21,707 nt of DNA from a metagenome: the sequence record Ga0255781_10001162; one strand, given 5' to 3'. A program made the position numbers and the translations under genes. Position 1 is the stretch's first letter. Every line of letters begins with the position of its first letter. Of this stretch, positions 16,143 through 21,707 are shown one piece after another. The notes beneath the pieces are model-generated. The model saw only the letters and a list, made by a program, of their open reading frames with translations. It ran no database searches and was not told the DNA's origin.

Positions 16143-16787
16143 ATGTCCAACGCGATGACGACGAATACCACGGCGATGAATACCTCGACGACGACGACGA
16201 CGACGAATACCACCTCCTCGAAGACGACGAAAGCGGAAGTGTTGGCGACGGCGACGTGGAACTCGATGGAAAAAGTATCCTCGGAACTGTTTGCGTTGAC
16301 GCACGGAGCCTTTGTGAGACAAATCCTGCGGGATCACGAGGACGACGTCGAGGCGGTGAACGGGAAACTGGACCAACTCGGGCGAAATATTGGAACGAGA
16401 ATCATCGAGGAGTATCTGGCGCGAACGAACGCGTCGAGCGGGGCGTGTGCGTCGTTCGAGGCGGCGATGGAGATGACGGCAAAGGTTGGTTTGAAGATGT
16501 TTCTAAACGCGACGGCGAGAACGAGAGATTGGAGCGAGGAACGGGACGAGTGCGTGATTGAGATGGATAATAATCCGTTGGCGGATTTTGTGGAGCTTCC
16601 AACGCGGTATCGGGAGTTGGCATACTGTAACATGCTGTGCGGGGCGATTCGAGGCGCGCTCGAGACGGTGCGCATGCGAACGACGTGTAGCTTTGAGGGC
16701 GATCCGTTACGCGGGATGGGGAATAAGTTTGCCATCAGGGTCAAACTTGTCGAGCTCGTGCCTGAGGAGTATCCGTACGACGAATGA
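16143..16787 (+). CDS. TRAPPC3: TRAPP complex subunit 3 (Bet3)
   Basis: True ATG at 16143. After a T/N-rich N-terminal tail the sequence reads SSELFALTHGAFVRQILRDHEDDVEAVNGKLDQLGRNIGTRIIEEYLAR...NPLADFVELP..YRELAYCNMLCGAIRGALETV. This matches the Bet3 signature (ELF.LTYGA.V.QL..D.ED...VN..LD.MGYNIG.RLIE.FLA; NPL.DFVELP; Y.N.LCGV.RGALEMV). Confidence 0.9.
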   Translation: MSNAMTTNTTAMNTSTTTTTTNTTSSKTTKAEVLATATWNSMEKVSSELFALTHGAFVRQILRDHEDDVEAVNGKLDQLGRNIGTRIIEEYLARTNASSGACASFEAAMEMTAKVGLKMFLNATARTRDWSEERDECVIEMDNNPLADFVELPTRYRELAYCNMLCGAIRGALETVRMRTTCSFEGDPLRGMGNKFAIRVKLVELVPEEYPYDE

Positions 16788-16884
16788 GTGAGTAAGCAAG
16801 CGAATGAATGAATGCATAAATGGCTAAACATAGATTTGTAGTATTAATGGTGGTGGTACCGTAAAATAAATCGTCGCAAACAAA

Positions 16885-18468
16885 CTAAATGACCCCGAGA
16901 CGTCGCTTGAGCCACGCCGGGAAGAACATGCGCGCGAAACCTTCACCTTTGACGATTGGGAAGATTATTTTGCACGCGCCAGTGAGAATGTTACCACCCT
17001 TGAAGATGCGCTCGGGCGTCGGGAGCGGCACCAACAGCCTCCCGATGCCAAAGAGCGCGACGCTGAAAAAGTGGTTCACTAAATTGAGCGGGTTGGAATC
17101 GAGGCCGGAAAGCAACGCGATCGGGCCTCGAGCGTAGGATCCACCGAGCTTGAGGTACTCGAAGCACGCTTGGCGCATCTCCTCCATGCTCGTGTCGCCG
17201 CTCGAGCAAAACACGGCGTACAGCGCATTGGCGAGTGTGTTAATCGTCAGCGCCGGTTGCGTACGGTGACGGTAAAACTCATCCAGCTTGGCGCCCGTCC
17301 TTTCGCCGTCTGAAAAGTCCGGAAGCGGGTCGAGCATCGACTTGAAGGTGTGAATGTCGTTGAGCGCCACCGTCATACCGCCGCCGGTGAGCGGGTGACG
17401 CATGTTAAAGGCGTCACCCAAGAGCACCGCCCCGGGGGTTCTCGACGGCTTGGCCGCCATCGTCTTGTTAGGCATCGATCTAAATTGTCCATCGTTGACC
17501 GCCTTGATGAGATGCGGCCTGAGTTGTTCCGGAATTTGCGGCACAATCTTCTCGAGCACGTACTTGGCCATTTCACCCTTGGCGACACTCGGCATCTTGA
17601 CCGAGGACGGAATGTCCACCAAACAGCGCACCTCTTCGCTCGAGATGGGGTAAAAGAGAATTGGAGACGGATTTCCCAAAACCACGTGCCCGTGGTTTCC
17701 GTTTGGCAACAAATCGCTCGGTTTTCCCTTGAGAATCAAGCCAACGAAGTGACTCGGGTGATCCGGAGCCGCTTGGCTCAACTTTGATCTCAAACTACTA
17801 AAGTGCCCATCGCACACCACCGTGAGCGGCGCGAACACCGTCTTGGTTTCACTCGATCCCTCGATCACTTTTTGTCTCTTCTCGTCCCACTTATCCCCCG
17901 TGGTGTACGACACCCCCGCGACGACTTCGCCCTCCTTCCACTCGTTACCCTCAGCGTTGAGCAGCTTCTTCACCGTCCCTTGGCGCACCTCAACCTTGTC
18001 GACGGCCATCGCCGCCTCGCGAAGCTTTTGCACAAACCTACCGTTGTGAAAACTTCGCCCCGCCACGTCATCCGAACGCCCTTCGAGCGGGTACGTCATC
18101 GTCGCCACTTCGCCGTCTTTAAACATTGTGTACCCGTACACCTTCTGCGCGTCGATGCCCTCCACGCACGACTCCAACCCGAGATCCTTCAGCTTCAGGT
18201 ATCCCCCAGGTTGCAACAACTCGCCAACAATCCGGTCCGGTTGCGACAAATCCCGTTCAATGCACAAAACCCGTCGTCCTTCTTTACCGAGCGCGTACGC
18301 CAGGCTCGCCCCGGCGACGCCCGCGCCGACGACGACGACGTCGAACGGTCCGGACGTGGTTGGTGAAGTGGCCAACGCGGTGGTTCCATGAGCGGCAGCA
18401 GCGGCATCGTCGCCACCGCCGTTCTTCCTCTTCTTCTTCATGCTAAACGCCGATCGGAAGCTCCCCAT
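16885..18468 (-). CDS. SQLE: Squalene monooxygenase (squalene epoxidase)
   Basis: FAD-binding FDVVVVGAGVAGASLAYALGKEGRRVLCIERDLSQPDRIVGELLQPGGYLKLKDLGLESCVEGIDAQKVYGY, plus GDAFNMRHPLTGGGMTVAL, both characteristic of SQLE/ERG1/SQE. The track start at 18546 is GTG, and the first in-frame ATG is 18468 (MGSFRSAFSMKKKRK...). The span is 1584 nt, or 528 codons including the stop. Confidence 0.9.
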   Translation of the reverse strand: MGSFRSAFSMKKKRKNGGGDDAAAAAHGTTALATSPTTSGPFDVVVVGAGVAGASLAYALGKEGRRVLCIERDLSQPDRIVGELLQPGGYLKLKDLGLESCVEGIDAQKVYGYTMFKDGEVATMTYPLEGRSDDVAGRSFHNGRFVQKLREAAMAVDKVEVRQGTVKKLLNAEGNEWKEGEVVAGVSYTTGDKWDEKRQKVIEGSSETKTVFAPLTVVCDGHFSSLRSKLSQAAPDHPSHFVGLILKGKPSDLLPNGNHGHVVLGNPSPILFYPISSEEVRCLVDIPSSVKMPSVAKGEMAKYVLEKIVPQIPEQLRPHLIKAVNDGQFRSMPNKTMAAKPSRTPGAVLLGDAFNMRHPLTGGGMTVALNDIHTFKSMLDPLPDFSDGERTGAKLDEFYRHRTQPALTINTLANALYAVFCSSGDTSMEEMRQACFEYLKLGGSYARGPIALLSGLDSNPLNLVNHFFSVALFGIGRLLVPLPTPERIFKGGNILTGACKIIFPIVKGEGFARMFFPAWLKRRLGVI

Positions 18469-18934
18469 GTCGCGACGATCAACCGAGTCGAAATCAATAA
18501 AACGTTCCTCTGGAAGAAACACGCGCGAAGAACACACGAACGACACGCCGCTTCGTCCGTCCGTCCGCCCGCGCGCGCGTCGAGTTCTCGCGCGAGAGTC
18601 ACCGTTCCTCCCTTCTTCCGTTCGTTCGTTCGTCCGTCGACGCGCGTCTCTGTCGTCGCCGTCGTCGTCGAAGACGCAACGTTCGACCCGTCAAGGCGCC
18701 AGGCAGACGAATTTGGATAACATGCACACTGTTTACACATAGTAATGTGGTCGGCACCCGCGATCGATCGATCGATGGACCATCGCGCGGTTTTCAGGGT
18801 GCGACCGTCGATGGTGAACGGTGAAAAGTACCGATCGGTTTCTTCGTCATCGATCGAGCCGAGCCGGGCCGGGGCGAGCCGGGCCCCGGCGGTTGGGGAA
18901 GAGCGCGAGAGCGCGACGTCGACCGAACGGATCG
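18469..18934. promoter_or_regulatory. Divergent intergenic region between squalene epoxidase (-) and KRI1 (+)
   Basis: 466 bp separate the divergent ATGs. It contains short tandem motifs: (CCGT)/(CGTT) runs at 18556-18640, (CGAT)4 at 18761-18776, and GAGCCGGGCC twice at 18861-18870 and 18876-18885. Confidence 0.5.
18761..18776. repeat. (CGAT)4 self-complementary tetranucleotide repeat
   Basis: cgatcgatcgatcgat, read directly. Every overlapping ATCGAT is a palindrome. Confidence 0.9.
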
Positions 18935-21250
18935 ATGACGCGAGGCGGTGGGAAGAAGAAGACGGCGATGTTTGACGACGAGGATGGATCGGATTCGTCG
19001 TCCTGGACGTCGTCGTCGTCGTCGTCGTCGAGCGAAGAAGACGACGATGATGATGTTCGCGGTGCGTCCAGCAGAGGCGGCGGCGGCTCGAGCGATGATG
19101 ATGATGATTCGTCGTCGTCGTCGTCGTCGTCGTCGGAACGAAACAAGAAATCTAAGACGAAGAGCGGTAAAAACAACAGCAAGGATAAACTTCGAATCAA
19201 CGAGGCGTTCGCGGCGAGGTTTGAACACAACGAGCGGAGGAAGGAGATGCACAGACTGCAAGCGAAGCTCGAGCGCGAGTACGCGGTTTCGGCGCTCGGG
19301 GCATCCGGCGCGGAAGGCGGTGATGGCGGTGAGGGTGAAGATGATGAGGATGATGATTCGAGCGCGACGGAGAGCGATGAGGAGGAGGTTTTGGAACGCG
19401 CGTTCGATGGGGCGTTTGCAGAGGCTTTGACGAAGATTCGCGAGCGAGACCCGTCGATTTACGACGCCGAAACGAAACTCTTTCAGGACGAAGACGACGC
19501 GGATGATGATGATGCGGGTAAAAAGTCAGAACAACCGAAACGTAAAAAGGCGACGCTTCGCGAGGTGACGGCGACGCAGTTGTTGGAAGGAGGCGCCACG
19601 GCGTTGGAGGACGCCGAAGCCGAAGCCGAAGCGCGATCGATGAAGACGGGCGACGGTCCGTCGTACGTAGAGGAGCAAGCCGCGCTCAAGGAGGCGTTCA
19701 AGAGCGCGGCGGCGGCGTTTGGTAACGATAGTGATGGCGAAAATGGAGGCTCGGGCGACGAAGTCGAGGAAGATGGTGGGTTGGTGGTGAAGAGACGCGC
19801 CGAAAAGATGGAGGCTTTTCGTGAGGACGATCAAAAGGCGGCGAATGAAAAGTTGTCCAAGTATTTCGACGCGCGAGGCGAACGAGGGGAACTGAGCGCT
19901 GAGGATAAGTTTTTGCGCGAATATCTCTTGGAAAAACAGTGGATGAAGACGGACGAGGGTACGGCGAAGAAAAAGAGGGAGAGAAACAGAAGCAGAGAAA
20001 TGGACGACGACGGCGACAGCGACGGCGACGGGAGCTCTTCGTCGTCCTCCTCTTCTTCTTCATCCTCCTCTTCTTCATCCTCACTCTTAGAACGCGCCGA
20101 GGAATTCGAGCACAAGTACAACTTTAGATTTGAAGAGCCCGGGTCGGACCGCTTACAGTCGCACTCGAGACACATCGAGGGATTGGTTCGCCGAGAGGAT
20201 ACCAAGCGCCGCGATAAGCGGAAAAAGGTCAAGGAGCGCAAAGAGTCGGAGCGCGCTAAACTCCTCGCGGAAGTTCGTCGATTGAAGAATCTCAAGCGCG
20301 AAGAGATTGAGAGTAAGATGCGTCAAATCTCTGCGGTCGGCGGCGTGCGAGACGATGTCGTCCACGGCGCCACCGATTTGACGACAGAGTTTGATCCAGA
20401 AGCGCACGACGCCGTCATGGCAAAGATGTACGGTGACGACTACTACGGAGACGAGGAGGGCGATGGAGGATCACTACAAAAACCTGAATTTGGTGATTTG
20501 GAGGATGAATTGGCGACGCTGCTCAAGGGAGGGGATGTTGGCGGCGAGGAGGACGACGACTTTGAGGGCGACGACTTTCCTGACGCGGAGGACAAAGAAG
20601 AGGACTTGAGCGACGACGAAGAAGAAGAAGAAGAAGAAGAAGAAGCCGCAGAGCAAGAAGAATTTCCTCTCGAGGAAAACAAATATAGCAAGAGAGCGGC
20701 GAAAAAGTGGCGCAAGGAGCTCATGGCAAAGATGGATGAGTATTACAAGTTGGACGCCGAAGATTTCATCGGCGATACCCCCACGCGGTTCGCGTACAAA
20801 GAGGTTGCTCCGAAGATGTTCGGTCTCACGACGCGCGATATTTTGACCATGGATGACAAGTCTCTCAATCAAATCGTCGGTCTGAAGAAGCTCGCACCGT
20901 ATAGAGACGACGCGAACGACGCGACCATCGACGCTAACCAGCGCGCGAGAGCGCGACGCATGGCTAGAGAGTTCCTGTCTTCGTCTGCGCGCGGCGGCGA
21001 CAAAAAGAAGAAGAAGAGATTGCGTGACTCATCCAAAGTCGTCGATAAAAATGACGACGACGACGACGACGAGCTCGAGATTGAGACTCGCGCCGCGTCC
21101 TACGCCGACGCAGCCTTTGGTAAGAAGAAGACGTCTTCGACGACGACGACGACGACGACACCGGGCGGCGGCGTCGGTAAAAACGCGCGAAAGAACGCTA
21201 AAAAGCGCGCCAAGCGTAAAGCCAAGGAGGAGCACGCTGAAGCCGCGTGA
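18935..21250 (+). CDS. KRI1: KRI1-like ribosome-biogenesis protein
   Basis: The track start at 18821 is GTG, and the first in-frame ATG is 18935 (MTRGGGKKKTAMFDDEDG...). The N-terminal block is LRINEAFAARFEHNERRKEMHRLQ. The central block is FEHKYNFRFEEPGSDRLQSHSR. The C-terminal block is FAYKEVAPKMFGLTTRDILTMDDKSLNQIVGLKKLAPYRD. These match the Kri1 and Kri1_C family patterns as I remember them. The remainder is highly acidic and Ser-rich low complexity. Confidence 0.85.
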   Translation: MTRGGGKKKTAMFDDEDGSDSSSWTSSSSSSSSEEDDDDDVRGASSRGGGGSSDDDDDSSSSSSSSSERNKKSKTKSGKNNSKDKLRINEAFAARFEHNERRKEMHRLQAKLEREYAVSALGASGAEGGDGGEGEDDEDDDSSATESDEEEVLERAFDGAFAEALTKIRERDPSIYDAETKLFQDEDDADDDDAGKKSEQPKRKKATLREVTATQLLEGGATALEDAEAEAEARSMKTGDGPSYVEEQAALKEAFKSAAAAFGNDSDGENGGSGDEVEEDGGLVVKRRAEKMEAFREDDQKAANEKLSKYFDARGERGELSAEDKFLREYLLEKQWMKTDEGTAKKKRERNRSREMDDDGDSDGDGSSSSSSSSSSSSSSSSSLLERAEEFEHKYNFRFEEPGSDRLQSHSRHIEGLVRREDTKRRDKRKKVKERKESERAKLLAEVRRLKNLKREEIESKMRQISAVGGVRDDVVHGATDLTTEFDPEAHDAVMAKMYGDDYYGDEEGDGGSLQKPEFGDLEDELATLLKGGDVGGEEDDDFEGDDFPDAEDKEEDLSDDEEEEEEEEEAAEQEEFPLEENKYSKRAAKKWRKELMAKMDEYYKLDAEDFIGDTPTRFAYKEVAPKMFGLTTRDILTMDDKSLNQIVGLKKLAPYRDDANDATIDANQRARARRMAREFLSSSARGGDKKKKKRLRDSSKVVDKNDDDDDDELEIETRAASYADAAFGKKKTSSTTTTTTTPGGGVGKNARKNAKKRAKRKAKEEHAEAA
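19008..19030 (+). repeat. (CGT)7 coding microsatellite (poly-Ser) in KRI1
   Basis: cgtcgtcgtcgtcgtcgtcgtcg, read directly. It is translated as SSSSSSS. Confidence 0.9.
19109..19135 (+). repeat. (TCG)9 coding microsatellite (poly-Ser) in KRI1
   Basis: tcg x9, read directly. It is translated as SSSSSSSSS. Confidence 0.9.
20618..20644 (+). repeat. (GAA)9 coding microsatellite (poly-Glu) in KRI1
   Basis: gaa x9, read directly. It is translated as EEEEEEEEE. Confidence 0.9.
21053..21070 (+). repeat. (GAC)6 coding microsatellite (poly-Asp) in KRI1
   Basis: gac x6, read directly. Confidence 0.9.
21138..21158 (+). repeat. (CGA)7 coding microsatellite (poly-Thr in frame) in KRI1
   Basis: cgacgacgacgacgacgacga, read directly. 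It is translated as TTTTTTT. Confidence 0.9.
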
Positions 21251-21310
21251 TGATGGGGCGTTTCCCGAATTCCCTAAACCACAGAGAGTCCCTCTCGAGA
21301 GACAAAGCCT

Positions 21311-21315
21311 TGTAA
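21311..21315 (+). promoter_or_regulatory. TGTAA pentamer, candidate poly(A) signal for KRI1
   Basis: TGTAA followed by an A-rich stretch (tgtaaaaaca), 61 nt after the TGA stop at 21248-21250. Confidence 0.35.
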
Positions 21316-21490
21316 AAACAACCTCTTTATTTCATGCATCGTTCATAAATCGTCATTTCATACACCAATGTGGTAAAATACATTTACAGTCCCCAACGGG
21401 CACTCAAAATACACCCGTGAATCTTTACGCATCACTCACCTAGCTCGTGGGTCGAAATATTTTACGATTCTACCCACACGTCAGATGCGT

Positions 21491-21509
21491 GTTTAAGCAC
21501 TGCTTAAAC
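21491..21509. other. Perfect 8-bp inverted repeat (hairpin) with a 3-nt loop, 12 nt upstream of the tRNA
   Basis: gtttaagc-act-gcttaaac, read directly. The arms are exact reverse complements. Confidence 0.85.
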
Positions 21510-21521
21510 CCATCAATCTAC

Positions 21522-21635
21522 GGGGATGTGGTCTAGTGGTATGATTCTCCCTTCGGGTCTCGTCGAACGACCCAGCGCTGAAGAGCGCTAGAATGAACAT
21601 GGGAGAGGCCCCGCGTTCGATTCGCGGCATCCCCC
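21522..21635 (+). tRNA. tRNA-Pro (anticodon CGG) with a 42-nt intron at the canonical 37/38 position
   Basis: The acceptor stem GGGGAUG/CAUCCCC pairs perfectly. The D region is UGGUCUAGUGGUAUGAUU (A box). The anticodon stem CUCCC (21547-21551) pairs with GGGAG (21601-21605). The loop is UU-CGG-G...U with the anticodon at 21554-21556. The variable loop is AGGCC. The T arm is CCGCG-UUCGAUU-CGCGG (B box), and the discriminator is C at 21635. The mature sequence closely parallels eukaryotic tRNA-Pro (..GGUCUAG.GGUAUGAUUCUCGCUUCGGGUGCGAGAGGUCCCGGGUUC..). Confidence 0.9.
21558..21599 (+). other. tRNA intron (42 nt; the boundary is ambiguous by 1 nt because both ends are T)
   Basis: It interrupts the anticodon loop one nucleotide 3' of the anticodon, the canonical eukaryotic/archaeal position. 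It contains an internal 6-bp hairpin, AGCGCU-GAAG-AGCGCU (21574-21589), and CGAA complementary to the UUCG of the anticodon loop. Confidence 0.8.
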
Positions 21636-21639
21636 TGGA

Positions 21640-21645
21640 TTTTTT
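21640..21645 (+). terminator. T6 run, probable RNA polymerase III terminator for tRNA-Pro
   Basis: TTTTTT begins 5 nt after the discriminator base. Pol III terminates at T runs of 4 or more. Confidence 0.6.
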
Positions 21646-21707
21646 ATATAGCGTTATCTCTCTTTAAGTATGTGTCAAATGTCCGACTTTTATAACAAAT
21701 GTTTAGT

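Noticed and set aside
99-18821. N-terminal extensions implied by the ORF-track start coordinates (99, 3986, 6400, 8220, 13029, 18546, 18821)
   Set aside because: Each of these positions is GTG or TTG in the sequence. In a eukaryotic nuclear context I used the first in-frame ATG or a spliced upstream ATG exon instead.
21272-21280. CCCTAAACC downstream of KRI1 as a third telo-box or telomere unit
   Set aside because: It contains one CCCTAAA unit but not the AAACCCTA core, and it lies in a 3' UTR-like position rather than a promoter.
1-21707. Prokaryotic operon, defence system, CRISPR or mobile-element interpretation of the window
   Set aside because: There are no repeat-spacer arrays, no transposase- or integrase-like ORFs and no terminal inverted repeats. 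The gene content is eukaryote-specific and includes spliceosomal introns and an intron-containing tRNA. The short CCCTCTCTC repeats are far too short and too close together to be CRISPR repeats.

Overview
This window reads as GC-rich, very gene-dense eukaryotic nuclear DNA, not a prokaryotic locus. By inference it resembles a mamiellophyte-type green picoalga such as Micromonas or Ostreococcus. I support 12 protein-coding genes plus one weak small ORF, separated by intergenic spacers of only about 30-480 bp. In order they are: a hypothetical protein, a class-3 lipase, a CEP104/FAP256-like TOG protein with a C-terminal TPR array, an NDUFAF6-like protein, ribosomal protein eL33/RPL35A, a DDX3/Ded1-like DEAD-box helicase, the weak small TM ORF, an S33 prolyl-aminopeptidase-like hydrolase, a LETM1-domain protein, TRAPPC3/BET3, squalene epoxidase and KRI1. 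An intron-containing tRNA-Pro(CGG) lies at the right end. The ORF track uses bacterial start rules, and seven long ORFs begin at GTG or TTG. Three of these are really second exons: GT-AG introns of 120, 586 and 98 nt restore ATG starts and conserved N-termini. I find no CRISPR array, mobile element, operon or defence-like system. The observations most worth follow-up are: (1) the CEP104-like/KLC-type TPR domain combination; (2) the long RPL35A intron with a triple CCCTCTCTC repeat; (3) an identical GACTGACTGAC motif about 27 nt before the 3' splice site of two unrelated introns; (4) an AT-rich bidirectional promoter with two inverted telo-box motifs and an internal direct repeat; (5) the tRNA-Pro intron; (6) extremely tight gene spacing that implies overlapping transcripts. 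All family assignments come from remembered motifs, not from searches.
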